A DNA stretch of 64,000 bases from Camelus dromedarius (GCF_036321535.1 NC_087436.1:90646001-90710000); one strand, 5' to 3'. Positions 25,414 to 39,260 are shown, counted from the first letter of the stretch. Numbers and translations are program-made. The notes: generated by a model from the letters alone, not told the origin.

Positions 25414-26949
25414 GAGGGGAAGAAAGGAAGAGGAAAGGAAAGAGCTGACACTGAGTGCCTACTCAGTGCAATCCATTTTCACAAGCATCATGCCATTCAC
25501 ATTTTCATGTATGTTTCTGTTACTTAGAAATTCTTGGCGCCTTAATCCCATCATCATTTAAACCTTGAAAAATGGCTTGAAGATTAACAATACATATTCC
25601 CAACCAAGGGGCCTGTGCCTAGGAGATACCCAGCAACTTGCTAGTAACAGTCTGAACTGCATCTGCACAGCTATGTCCCCAAAGAGTCTTCAGAGAACAC
25701 TTTCTCCCCTTTGCAACAGGAAAAAAGACAGCCTTGTTATTATCCTTCTTCAGAAAAGGGAGATTCAGTGCCGTCAGGCATTATCTGGCCTCTGAATGAA
25801 CTATTTGCAGGAAGTAAAAACCATTAGGATAGTCACTACTCACAGGCCTGCTGAACACAGCATGTACGTCAAGCAAGAAAAAATGCCCCTCAACGATTCA
25901 AACACAATTGAGAATAGAAAGAGACAGCCAAGCCCCAGGACACAAGGTTGCAACTTACCAAGGCCAATACAGATTTTACCCCTAGGGTCAATTCTGTACT
26001 GGTATTTCCAATGTTGCTTTTGCAAATTCAGAGAAACACATTCACAACTCACACACTGCAAGCTCAGTGAACACAGTGAGCAAAAATTACCACTATGCTT
26101 CCTATCCCTTAAAACTACCCAGAACTAAAAACAGAATTCCCTCCTTAATTTCTAAATTTTAAACTAAACTTAATTACTCCTCTGCTCAACATGTTCCATA
26201 AATTCACCTGCCTTTTACTAACTGAAGTCACTTTTGTGGGATCAATACCTATCATAGATTTGTCCTAAATAGTTCAAGGAATTAGGTTTTGAACTGATTG
26301 AGAATGAAGCAGATTTTAGTGATGAGAATACAAGTGCTCCAAGAAAGATTCTAGACATAGTAATTATTGCCCTTACTTACAAGGACAGCTGCCTTCCCTC
26401 GACTAAGTTTTATGGCCAGATTTTTTAAACAATGAGTTAAAATTCCTAAATCAGGCTATTTTTCCTATCTCTCAGTTATTTCATGCCTTCTATTGCCTTT
26501 ATTCTTACGTAAGATCTCTTCCTATGTGAGCAAAGATGGAGGCCAAAGAGTTCCAGGATGACGTGTTTTGTCAAGTTCAAGATCACAGAAAGAGAAGAAC
26601 CCCCTCTTCCACAGTGGTTACACCAATCCCTGATAGAGAACACTTACTGGCTGTGCCACAATCATGAGGCCACAAGTAGATTAATCATTTTCAGGTTACC
26701 CAGATCGTAAGATTGCTCCTTAAGCAATCTAATATATAGGAGGTGAAGAAAGAAGGGCCAAGTATGTAATGATACCATGTGGTACAAGAGGAGGTGAGGT
26801 GCAGGCATCAAAAACAAAGGTACTAAGGAAACAAACAAATACAGATTTACACATATCCACCCCACTTCATTCCTCTTAATTTCTGTCTTTTGTAAAATGT
26901 GAGTAACAGCAACAATCTCACTGGGAAGACTGGATGAGAGAACACAGGT

Positions 26950-27265
26950 AAAGACGAATATCACATGATTTCACTCATATGTGCAATACAAAAAATAAAC
27001 AACAAAATAAATGTGCAAGCCAAGCCAAATAAAAACAAACACATAGATATAGAGAACAAAGCAGGGGTTATCAGAGGGGGAGAGGTGGTGGTGGGGAGGT
27101 TAAAAATGCATACAGGGGGATCACCTGTATGGCAATGGATGGAAACTAAATTTTTGGTGGTGAGCATGCTGTAGTGTGTACAGAAGTAGAAATATAATGT
27201 TTACATATAAAACCTGTATTATGTTATAAACCAATGTTACCTCAATAAAATACAAATTAAAAACA
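26950..27265 (+). mobile_element. 5'-truncated L1 3'UTR
   Basis: atcacatgatttcactcatatgtg...tttggtggtgagcatgctgtagtg...ttataaaccaatgttacctcaataaaa followed by an A-rich tail. Confidence 0.85.
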
Positions 27266-30200
27266 AGCAACTGAACAAAAAGTAAGCCTCCTGACACACA
27301 GGAGGGATCCAATAAATGCTAATTCCTCTCTTCTCAACTGAAACTGCAGAACATGGATTGGATCTAAAACTGTATTATCAGCTATAATCACCTTTGATAG
27401 GTTTATCAATAATATGCCCACAGTCATAAAGACATGTAAGTAAACAAAATCCCATGTCCAAATTTTAGTCCAAGAGTTACTGGAAGATTCTAAGTCACTA
27501 AACGACTGGAAGCAACTTGTTTTGACCTGACTGACCTGTTGCACTTCAAGGTCTCTCATTATTCCGTAACAGTGCCATTGCTAATGAAAATGAAATTACA
27601 ATCCAACATAGCCTCACGAACTTACTAGATGATTTCCCCATTTTTACACTCCGCAGTTTCATCATGAATGTGGTTCTCACTTCAGAGAGTCTCTAACGCC
27701 AACCTTACTATCCATGTCACACTTAGCATTAATATGCAGAACTGTGAGACACACAACAAATGACACTCTGGTCCTGACAAAGTAGCTACTTGATACCCCC
27801 AGTAGACAGCCAACTGTTAAGAGAACTGTTTCGATCTTTCAGATGGAACATGCACAAAAATAATTAGCAAGATGAAAATCATCCAGCAAGAAAAATCTAC
27901 ATTCTTTCCAATTGAAAGGCCAGTGTTTGTATAGTTTTTTATGTCATATTCTTTACCTATCTTCTCTCTCAAATTCTCTTCAAATACTTCTCAACCTTAA
28001 AAGCTCAAATGTGACAGATCTTCACATCTCTCATGTCTTCCTAAATTAAGTGATCTTCTACTCCAGCAGAAATAAATGCTCTTGAGGTACTTTGTTAATA
28101 CTTCTCCTGGAGAACAATTTAAAATTATAACTTATAGTACAGACATTAGCCCCTAGACCTTTCCATTAACACCACTGCACTCCAGAGGGTTTCTAGAAAA
28201 GAGGACAAAGACAACAGAGCCAGTTCACAATGATTTAGAACCCTTTATTTTCCTATACCAAGAGGCTTCTTTCAGAGACCAGTGGATCTGTAACTCATTT
28301 CAAAGTAATATATTTTGATCTAGGAATGTACATATCAAAATAAAAAGCAGATAGAAAAAAGGTGAATTCCCTTTTTTCAAAGTTTTTTTTTTGTTTTTGT
28401 TTTTTATGGAATTCAACAAAAACAACTTCATTGAAAAAAAAAAAAAAATCCCCAACCAACTCAGACTTTCTGGAGCAGAAAATGAGACCTTGTTTTTGAA
28501 AAAAACCTAAACATCTAACTTTCACAGAGAAAAATACAGTTCCTTCTAAAAAAGGATTTTGGCAAGACGGTTATGGAATACTAACAAGAATAGTGAAAAA
28601 GAAAATCTGTTAGTCAAATAGAAAAACCAAGAGATAACATATGCAGAGGTCAGGTATTGGAAGATCTTTTTCTAAGGTAAATGTAAAAAGTCCTGATAGG
28701 GACTCATGGATAAAACAAAATTATAACATGTGTTCAGTGTTTGTTTCATTTTTAAAAAATATTATGCTTTAAAATTTTGCTAACTTAACAACTATCTGTA
28801 AAATTCAATCTCAAATTTTGGTGTGAAAGAACTTACTGTATCTTATTTTTTTAATCCTCTATAGCCACTAACAAAGTTGTAGGGGAAATTTAGTTAAATA
28901 AATTGAGTATTTTGCAAGTCAGTTTGTGAGAATCTTTCATGTTAAATATTATAAAATTAGAATGTCACACTTTGAGATAAACTTAAACCATGCATCAATG
29001 GAGTATACACTGTTATCTATGAGAGCTATAACTTAAACTATGATTGAGACAAAAAGACAAAATAACACTTTCCTTAAGGGTGAAAGTTTGGAGTTCAGTG
29101 CTGTGAAAATTTAAAAGATTGACTGGAATTTTCACTTTTATCCTGGAGGGTGAGGAATTGTCAGTGTTGACTTAATGACACAGGAAGGCCAAATATATAC
29201 CTTTGATTCCCAGGTCAGTGACTTCCTTGTGAACATAAATGGCCTCAGCCATGACAAAGAGGAAGCACATCTGGTTTTGTGGAGTAACATAGTCAACCAT
29301 CATCACACAAGCGCATCTTCTGTGTCTTTTGTTAGAAACTGAAGGACCAACCTGAAATACATGTAGCTACCAGAATTATTATTCCAGAGCATATTCTATG
29401 GCCATGGATGATTAAATCATAGATTTCCAGTGTGGGAGCATAAGAATTAATCACATAAGGAAAATAGGTTTGAGCTCAGTGTTCATTTTATAAGCACAGC
29501 ATTTGATAGTTACTACTATATTATTGTCCTTTTATTGTTGTTGCTAACATTTCCTGAGGGCTACAGATGATTTTAAAATCTATGTTGTGTCTGACCAAGA
29601 GCTCAGACGTTACTTTCTCTAAGAAATTGAAAATGGAATAGGTGGCAAGAATGTCACCCAACATAAAACCGAGATAATGGTCTCCTATGTATAGCATGCT
29701 TCAAGCATAAATCATCACTCTCAGTGATGTGCATGGATGACAAGAAGTGAAATCTCCACTGTACCTATAAAAATATAGGCTGCATCCATTTGGAGTTACT
29801 AGGCTTAGGGATTTGACAGAAAGAGTTTGTTCATTCAAATGTTTGCTCAGCTTTAGACTATGGATTTTGCTGATTTTTCTCTAAATTGAAAAGTTTTTGG
29901 CTGAAGTAACGGAAGTAGCCAATTGCTTTGATTTCCTATAGTTACATCTATGAAGATGATAGCCAAAGAAATAGATCCTTTGACTTGAAATGCTCTTTTT
30001 TATAACACATAGGGTAAAGCAGAATTTTCAAAATCAAATATTTACAGACAAATAAGGTAAAAATTAGTGAATTATCCTATTTTAACCAACTGTAGAGTTC
30101 ATGGAACAACTAGAAAGGACAAACGAATGCATGCTAGAAACACATTAGCCACTCAGGTCTACCTGGCTGTTTCCAAGCAGGAATATAGAAATGCTACAAT

Positions 30201-31559
30201 GTTTGGATTCAGAAACAGAATTTCTAGATATTCCAGTTTTTCAAGAAAATTCAGATTTTTATGTGAAATCTCGTTATCTTTAAATGCTGGTAAATTTTTA
30301 AATACTTTAAAAAATGGAGGTAAACATTGACTTCTTAGCTCTCTATATGGACCTGTTTGTATATGTGTACAAATATATATACATCATGTTTGTGTATATT
30401 GAACTATAAAATAAATGTGTATATATTATGTATGTGTGTATATTATATATGTGTATATATATATCTATATATACAAATTTATGTATATAAATTACTTCTG
30501 GGCCACATCCAACCTTGACTCTGCTGCCTTGCTCTTCAGTGTAATGCAATATTTACTTCTCTATCTTTTTTTTTTTTTTTACAAGAAAGATGTGAAAGGT
30601 CATTTTCATCCCTTTTGGTACATTTGTGGAAACACAGTATGCATTAGTTAAATGAAATAAATACACAGTAGACGTGTTGTCAAATGTGACGTGGGAAAGG
30701 GTCCACTGTAGTCACTAATGAGGACAATTGGTACAGGTCCCTAGGACTCCCAGCTAAATGCCCCAGTTACCCTTGTAACCTAAGAAGCCATGAAGGAATC
30801 CATTCCCTAAAAAATGCTGACTTGAAAGGGAGAAACTAAATGTCACATAACCTCTCTTCTCTAAAACCAAATCTTGACACTGAGAAGGGAGAAGTCATCC
30901 TTGTCAGCTTCAGAGAAAGTGGAGCCAGTGGCCTGACCGGTCATGAGTTCAGGCATACTCTAAGGGCCCAGAGCCAATGAAGGGATGACCATCCTCCTCT
31001 TCAGAGAGCATCATGGCCAGGGAAAATGCCATACATAGGTCATCCATTACTTAGATGCTGATGTGATAAAATATTTAAATACAAGTTTTTAAATTATAAT
31101 AAACACTAGGGTTCTTACTTAAAGTACAAAAGCATCATGGGATTGAATGGTTTATGACCATTACAAAGTGTGTGTTTTTCGAATATGTAATGTTATAGGA
31201 AATACTTCAACATAATTTAAGTCAAACAGGTTACAAATCCATAGCCTACAAAGATTTAACGAAAGAGTCTCCAAACCACCTATAAAAATCAGCAGGTTAC
31301 AAATCATTTCTAGAAATGGATCTTCATTTATCCTGGATCTCTATCTCTACATGTGTTGGTATCTGTACATTCTGCAATATTGCTATCAAAAATCCTGAGG
31401 CTGCAATGAGCAAATTTGGACATAAATATTCTCTGTACTGATTTCTATGGAAAATTCTCGTCTTCTGTCCCCTTTCTACAGAGCATGTACATAGGGGATA
31501 CATATGAAATCTAGATTTGTCCGTGCACTTATTCATGCCCCAAGGAAGCCATCCTCAAC

Positions 31560-32045
31560 TCCTCCTCCTTTCTTGGCCTTCACATCTCATCAGTCATTCA
31601 TTCCTGTAAGTCTGTCTCATTTACAGCTCTCTAACGTCCAACCTCCCTGTCATCGCTTTTCTATCTGTCCCTCAGTATTTCTCATCTGGATACCTGAAAC
31701 TATAACCTAATCACCTGTTTCAGTTGCTGTTCCTATAACATTTCCACATTCCACCCTTCCAGCCTTGAACATTGCCTGGTTATTACAACTCGTCTTTTAA
31801 AACTTCACTAATACAAAGAAATCTTCCCCCAAACTCCCCAAACCCCAATTCTAAGTCTAAGGTAGGTTAACCTTCTCTCTCAAGTTATGCTGTTTGTGCC
31901 TCTATCATAACACACCCACTTATATGGCATTATATGTATCTGTTTATGTCTTGCATCAGGACAAAAGAGCACGTCTTTTTGTCTTGTGTCTCAATTCCTG
32001 CAGCCAAGTGCCTGACTTAAAGAAGGAGCTCAATAAATGGCTGCT
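31560..32045 (+). mobile_element. L2 fragment
   Basis: ctcatctggatacctgaaac, L2 3'-end-like gtgcctgacttaaagaaggagctcaataaatg. Confidence 0.55.
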
Positions 32046-32499
32046 TCAAAACTTTAATTTTAGAGTAGGATGAAACAATTTGAGATTAGAGTAACAATCA
32101 CAAAGCAATCTTTCTCCATCTTCTATAAAATGAATAAATTTAAGAAAAGAGTTTGTTCAAAACCATTACAGATAATGAATTTTCAGAGTCGAATTCTTTG
32201 ACCCCTGTCCCTCACTTTGAACATCACATCAAGTAAAATCTTTCAAAAGTGTTCAAATTAACCTGTAGAAGTTTTGCAGCAGTGCTCTCTGCACCTGAAG
32301 ACAGATACAGAATTTCAGGACAAAGAAACCGTTAGAAGGCTAAAGCTAATATTCGTTTCACTATAACTTTGAGAGAATATCATAAGTGGCCATTCAAACT
32401 ATAGGGCTTGCTGGATTAAGGAATCCCCAATAAATAGACTTTCTCCAACCTGTCTCTCTCCCCACCCTGCCACCCTGTTTCTCTAGTTTGGATGCCACA

Positions 32500-33005
32500 T
32501 AGCACATACGGCCACGACACTGCTCCCAGTATCCACAGCCCATTACAGTGTACCTTTGTATCTCCTCTCATCAAGTATGGGGTGTATCATCTCATCCCTT
32601 GAATCTTGGCTGGAACTATGATTTGCCTTAACGAATAGAGTGGAGTAGAATTAGAATTGTGCCATTTCTGAATTTAGGCCTTGCTCTCTTTCTTGCTACC
32701 AAGCTAGCATGTGACAAGCCTAGAGTCATCTGCTGGATGATGAGAGACACATGACCTAGTCACACTGTCACCCCAGCCAACATCTACTCAACCCCCAGAA
32801 GCAGAGACCTCCAAACTATCTATACTTTATCTGAGGTGTAACTAACTGCAAAAGCATTAAGGGGGCCCAGCCATGACAAAAGAACTGCCCAGCTGAGCCC
32901 AGACCAACTTACTGACCCACAGAATCATGAGCTACATAAATGGCTATGCCAATGAGGCACCACGTCTTGAAGTAATCTGTTATACAATAGAAACCAACTG
33001 ATACA
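32500..33005 (+). mobile_element. MaLR solo LTR (MLT1G/H-like)
   Basis: tcccttgaatcttggctgg...aagaactgcccagctgagcccag...tgacccacagaatcatgagc...aactgataca. Confidence 0.8.
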
Positions 33006-33009
33006 ATCT

Positions 33010-33160
33010 TTCTGTGCTGTGGATTCCTCACCTGTGAAATGGGAATAATAATATTACCTATCTCATACAGGTAATCAGAGTATAAAATGAGCAAACATAT
33101 TAAAATGATCTGAACAGAGCCTGATACACAGCAGGAACTGATAATGTTAACTATTGTTAT
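33010..33160 (+). mobile_element. MIR SINE
   Basis: ttcctcacctgtgaaatgggaataataatattacctatctcatacagg. Confidence 0.75.
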
Positions 33161-34254
33161 GTCAATTTAACACCCGTCTGCTTGGAGCATGTGATTAAAA
33201 GAGACTCAGTTCTGACCTCTCATATTTCAAATATGGTTTGCTATTTCTATAGTGCATAGAAAATAAGTGATAAAAGCATGATTGCATGGGACAAGCAATG
33301 TCCTCATCACCCTTCGAGGCAGTATGACCCAAATATGAGTGTTTACCCAAGAACTGCTAACTTCAATTTACATAATGGCAAATACTGCATAGGTGGGTAA
33401 ATGGCTTCTATCTAAAAGGATAAAGTGGCAAATTTTGGATGTGCATTAAATAAGTGTTCAAAAAATGTCCAGGTGTTTTGACAATAGTATCTGAAGGCAC
33501 TGCATACACCATTAGCAATATTTTAACCAGGACTTACTGAATACTTGCTATGTGCTAGGCACTGTGCAAAGCACTCTTATTACTGAGTCATGGTATCTTC
33601 ACAATAACCTCTGAAGTGCGTTACAGTGAATATTCAAAGGCTATTTATGTCTAGGAAGCCGATGGAAACATTGAATCTCATAAGAAAAGGTCAGGATTGC
33701 AGATTCAAACACAGACATGATTCTGAAATCATGGATATGGGCTTGGATAATAATAGTGAGTGAGACAGCAATGAATATGTATGCCCCTGGATCTTAAAGA
33801 CGGTGGTGACTGATGTTTAAGTGTACAGCAGGAGAATTTTCTTATAATCCCCATCTGCTTTTACCGTCTTCTTTCTCTGTGCTCTCTCTCTCAGTGGGGC
33901 TGGTACATAACTGTGCATGCTACTCCATGTCGTTTTCCAAGGCTTGTCAGGATGGAGAGGGAAATATACCACTTAGAGATGTGTAATTTGAAAAATATTT
34001 TAAGTGATGATGATAATAATAATAATATAATATAATAATAATAATGCCTTTTTCTTACCCTTCGCCACACTGATAACACACATAAAACTGATATGAAGTT
34101 TTCATTTAGAAATTTAAAAATGTATTTCCTATGAGGTTTTTTTTGAAAACACAAAGGAGCACTAAAATTTTAAAGATATAAACGCCATTAGCATTGATGC
34201 ATAAGTTAACAGTAGTTTTGCATAAAACTGACCCAAAAAAGCTAAAGTAATAAT

Positions 34255-35455
34255 ATATTAGACAACAGGAACTGCCTCTTGAGGGCTGAGGACTCAGTGA
34301 CAGCTGTAACACCCACATGCTCTGAAATCAACAACAATATATATACCACCTTCCCCCTCAGTAAGGATTCCTGAATCTGGGAATCAAGAGGTAGATGTGG
34401 GATTGGCTCCACTGCTAGTGTCTTTAATGATCAGCTAGGAAGAGGGTGGCTTCACCTCACTACAATTCTGCCAGCTTTAGAGATTTGAGTTCTCCGAAGA
34501 GGTTTCTTTCTTCCAGGGGATAAAATTAAAGTTCCTTTGAACTGAAAGGTGACATTTCTACTAAGCCGCTTTGGACTCCTCACAGCACTAAATCTCCTTC
34601 CTGTTCTGGCTGGGGTGGTTATTTCTGGTCATCAAGAGGAGACAGAGTTGCTACCACATATGGGGTAATGGAGGGGTATATCTTGAGCCCAGGATAATAT
34701 TCAGAGCACCACTGTTCCAGTAGTAAAAAAGTAATGAAAAGTTATGGCCATGAAATATATACAGAGTAACGAATGCCACAAGTATTTCAATAGGTTTAGA
34801 TCCCTGTAAAGAATTGTGACCAGCTAATGTAACAGCAAAGGAAACAAAAGTCAAAGAAAGCAGTTCTAAATGTGAACCATACCTGTATGACTGCAGGACA
34901 ACAGTAGCCATACATACTTCACTTGTGACCATGACAAGTACATATTCACAGATGTAAGTGAGAGAGAGAGAGAGAGAGAGAGATGTATATATATAAACAA
35001 ATAAATTGGATTTTTCCTTTTCACATTCCCTTTTTTAAAAAAATTGTTTTTTATTCTTTTTTTGTGGAGGGGTAATTAGGTTTTTATTTATTTATTTTAA
35101 TGGAGGTACTGGGGATTGAACCCAGGACCTTGTGCATGCTAGGCATGTACTCTACTACTGGGCTATTCCCTCCTCCCCTCACATTTCCTTCCTACTGAAC
35201 ATTAAGTGTATTAATAATAGCTAACCTTGCAATTCAATACTTCAGTATCACTGAAGGGAAAATGAGTAAGCTAAAAAGCAATGAGCATCATCTCGAGGTG
35301 GATAAATGACATGTGGGACTTTGCACAGACCCCTTTATGTAAGAGGAGTTGCACTGTGGTAAGCACAGTATGGTGTTGTTATTGCCAGTATTTGGAAGTT
35401 AAATGTGAGTCGAGTGCCATTTGTGGATGTTGTTTTGAACAAAGAGGTGGGCTGT
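34255..35455 (+). mobile_element. ERVL internal fragment (integrase end, dUTPase remnant, 3' region to PPT)
   Basis: gctctgaaatcaac...aggattcctgaatctgggaatcaagaggtag matches the ERV-L IN end; 34606-34665 reads LAGVVISGHQEETELLPHMG (cf. LAGVIDPDYQ-EI-LLLHNG); PPT-like gaacaaagaggtgggc then TGT at ~35437-35455. Confidence 0.75.
35033..35178 (-). mobile_element. Vic-1-type tRNA-Ala-derived SINE
   Basis: ggaggtactggggattgaacccaggaccttgtgcatgctaggcatg...ggctattccctcctcccc; TSD TCACATTCCCTT (35021-35032) / TCACATTTCCTT (35179-35190). Confidence 0.9.
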
Positions 35456-35969
35456 GTGGGTCTGTCCACTGACAAACCAATCTCATCACAGCCTTCTTCT
35501 AGGGTTTTTCTGCAAGACAAAAGAAAAAGTCAGGAACCGCATTTCCTAAAATCCTTTTCCCAATGGTTCAAGGTTAGACTTCTATAATAAGAAGCACTAA
35601 CTTCAGATTGAGAAGCTGAAGAAAGGAGCGATAATAATCTGTGGAGGAGACTAGAGCCGACATGTTGTCAGGCGTGTGACTCACAGCTGCTTCCCAGTGA
35701 GCCCTAGAACAACTTACCTCGCTCCTGATGATGGAGATAATTGGTGGGACCTTTCCAGAGTCTTTATAAGTTGGGCTTATCTCCAGCAAACTCTTAAGAA
35801 CTACCTAATGTGTTACTTCAAGCTAAGAGAATCCCTAGTAATTGCCCTGCTTTTCCAATTATGGGATAGACTCTCTATTTAAGGTATATATTCTCCGCAT
35901 TAATTTATTTAACGTCTGGAAGAAACAGAGTGGCTTCTGTTTACTGACTAATGTATTTCCACTAAAGAC

Positions 35970-36126
35970 ACTTTTGAGAAGTGGCTCACATCACTTTTGC
36001 CAGAACTTAGTGCAATGAAAGATGAGAATTACTGTTCTTTTCAGGATGGCCACATGCCAGCTAAAAATCAAGGCATCCATTATTAAGAAACAAGAAGAGA
36101 GTGGATATTGATGGCCACTCTGTCTC
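35970..36126 (-). mobile_element. MaLR LTR fragment (MLT1J/K-like)
   Basis: atgccagctaaaaatcaaggcatccattattaagaaacaagaagagagtggatattg. Confidence 0.55.
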
Positions 36127-37809
36127 AAATAGGCTGATTCACTTTTGTGTGTTGGGGGGTGGGGAGGTTCTCATCCCCTCATTCTAGAGCTTTCCTTTAA
36201 GCTGATTTCATAGCATTATATTAGGAAGGCAGGATCTTCAAGCTAAGGAAAATAAACACTAGATGAGAGAAATTTCTTGAAAGCTATGCTCTTGACCCAA
36301 ATGGATTTTTTTAGTTTGATTTCTCCTATTATTTTATTCAAGATGCCCTTTTGGACCTCATCAATTTACACATACACAAACCTTACCTTACACCTCTCTG
36401 AGCCTCAGTGTTTTCAATTATTAAATAGAAGTAGTAACACTTTAGTCCTTATTACTTCTCATGGATATTTTAGTAATAAGATGAAATGATGGATGTAAAA
36501 ATATTTTGTGACTGACCAAGCCCTGTGCAAATATAAAGGATTAAAATCAGTACTACTTTAGTGGCTGTGCCAAAGTGTTCTATTGATTGATTTTGCAAAA
36601 GTTCTTGTCTCAGGAGAGATCTATACATGATTCTGGCAGTACCAAGAAATGGATCAAGTCACCTCCTTTTTACAGTTTCTTCTGGCAACTTTAAGTGACC
36701 CAGAGGAAGAGGTCAGCTGAGTCATATTTCCCACAACAGGATGACCCCAGCAAGTGTGTTCTTGCCACTGGCAAAGCTGCTTGTGAATCTTAACATTCAC
36801 GGTCAGTGCTTATGGGCTGACAGCTGGGATTTAAAATACTTGTAGCTAAATCATAAGAGCAGCTGAAAAGCACAGGCCATCTGCTGCAGGTGTGCACTAA
36901 AATACCCTCAAACTCATCAAATCCACGTTGATACCCATTAACAAAACATTTAACGGTGCAAGTTCCCTTCAGTCGTCTTATTTGGGGTTAGCTTCCAAAT
37001 GTATCAGTAAGCTCTGTGTCTTATTCACAGGAAACAGTCACTGTCCTCAGCCAAGTATATTCTGACAGAGTGCTGTTCACATAGCAACATCCATCAGACC
37101 CTGTGGAAGCTGGTGACCTGGCACATCTTGGCTTTTGCACCTCATCTGTCTGGACTAGACATTTATTGAATAGGTGCTTGTGCTGCAGACAGAATTTTAT
37201 CTGTCTCATTATAACCCACTGCATTAACTTCATCAGCCACAAAAATAGCCAGGGTGCAAAATAAGCCCAGGGCTCAAATTTCCAGGAAGCTGAAATTTGT
37301 GTTTACAGTTTATTTTTGCTCTATGTAAGTGCACATAACTGCTTCGAGTGTCACCTTACTCTGACTGCCGTATGCCTATGCAGTCATGATGCGCACAGAC
37401 CATCCAAGTCCCCACTGTGTTCCGTACTGGCCTAAGCATTCATGAACCCTCCAGGTATATCATAAAAAATTGTATTTACTTTTTATTGGGAAATAATTGA
37501 AAAAATATATTTTGTAATAGGTCCTATATGATCGTCCATAAGTTCTTATATCTTAAGTGGCTTTGTAGTTAGGGAGTGTCCTGCCAAGCCAGCCATGAAC
37601 TAATATGCATCTTTCTCCAATAGATTCTGTTCAAATATGGAATTATCAATTCCTACTACTTTCTCTTCCTCCATTTTGACAAAATATAAACAACAATAAC
37701 GTACAAGTCTATACACTTATGGCTTGAAAAGCTCTGAAAAGTCCCCCCAAAAGGATTTTCTAGTAAAATTTTGTGGAAGATATAGGTAAAGCCAGGAGAC
37801 CTAAGCCGA

Positions 37810-38238
37810 TAGCCCTGCAGGAGCCACTGGCCTTTGGTTATTTAACACTGCCAGTGTGGCTAGTGCAACTCAGTATCTAAAATTTTAATTTAATTTGTTT
37901 GAACTTGAAATAGTGTACAATATTTTCCCATTAAACATAATTCTAAATGGACTTTCACCACTGAAAACTTAGTATCCAAATTGAGATGTGCTATTAGTGT
38001 AAAATAAACATATTTTGAAGGCTTACTAAGAAAAAATGTGAAATAATGTAAAAAAATAATGTGTAATAATTTGAACACTGATTACATGTTGAAACTGTCA
38101 TGTTTTAGATAGACTGGGGTAACTAAATGTATTATTAAGATTAGTAGCACTCTTTTCTTTACTTTTCCTTAATGTGGCTACTATCAAATTTAAATGTATG
38201 TATGTTACTTGCATTGTATTATTATTGGACAGTGTTGC
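37810..38238. mobile_element. hAT-Charlie non-autonomous element (MER33/Charlie5-like)
   Basis: tgtggctagtgcaact...ccaaattgagatgtgctattagtgtaaaata...tgattacatgttgaaa...taatgtggctact...attggacagtgttg. Confidence 0.8.
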
Positions 38239-39059
38239 TGAAAGGACACAGTCAACAAAGTTCTGTCTCTCCTGATGTCTAACTTTACTCTCAGTGAAGA
38301 GTCACCCCATCCAAGAGTCCTGATCCTACATTTTCCTGACTGCTCAGTCACCTGCTCTGCATAACAGTAATAATCAAAACTGTCACAGCAAGGAGAGATC
38401 CACTGCCAAAAGGAAAAAGGGAAGTGGATACAGACAAGCGTAGACACCCCCCAAACAGTGATCCATTTGTATGTGGAGACAGAGAGGGGGTAAGGCAGAA
38501 AGAAGATGGTTTATGGGCATTCCAAATTTTACTTGAAACCATTTCCCAACAAAACATCTTTACAAATAAGGTTATGATGTTAAGTACCAATCACGTTTCC
38601 CATACATCATAGCCTTTGTATTAATTAAGGGACCTAATGAAACCATTAGCGTTATTTGAATGGGACCACACATTCTGAGTTTTAACAAGCCAATTACTAA
38701 CAATACTCTAGCATGGTTAATAAAAACTATCTGTACTCCAAAAAGAAGTAGTCCTTAGAATAATTTTGAAAAACTTTTATTCCTGAATTAAGGATAGATT
38801 TCGATTTTCTTGTTAATATCAAAATTACACTTAAGAGGATAAAGATTTGGAATTTAGTAGTTGTCTGAAATAATGTCCTATCACTGCAAACAAAATAACC
38901 AAACTCATGATTTTCAAGTTGTGCTCCGTGTAATCCTTTGGGTTCTCCTAAGGATGGCAAGATTGCCTCTTGTGAGAGAAGGTCACAGCAGGCCTGCGTG
39001 TCCTGACTCTCAGTTTCAGCCTACTCCAGAGGCGCCCCTCTGTTACTGGAGAGGACCTC

Positions 39060-39260
39060 AGACAGTGGTTCAAAGTGCAGGCTTTTAACTCAAGTAAGTC
39101 TGGGTCTCTATTTGGGCTTTGCCACTTACTGGATGTAGGAGCTAAGGCAGTTTCTTCACAGGAAAAACACAGATGATAACATTTACCTCACAGTGGTTTC
39201 TGAAAGTTATTTTAAACAAGAAATGTACATGTGTGTTAAGCACTTAGCCTAGCACTAGGA
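39060..39260 (+). mobile_element. MIR SINE
   Basis: ctttgccacttactggatgt...gataacatttacctcacagtggttt...aagcacttagcctagcac. Confidence 0.7.
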
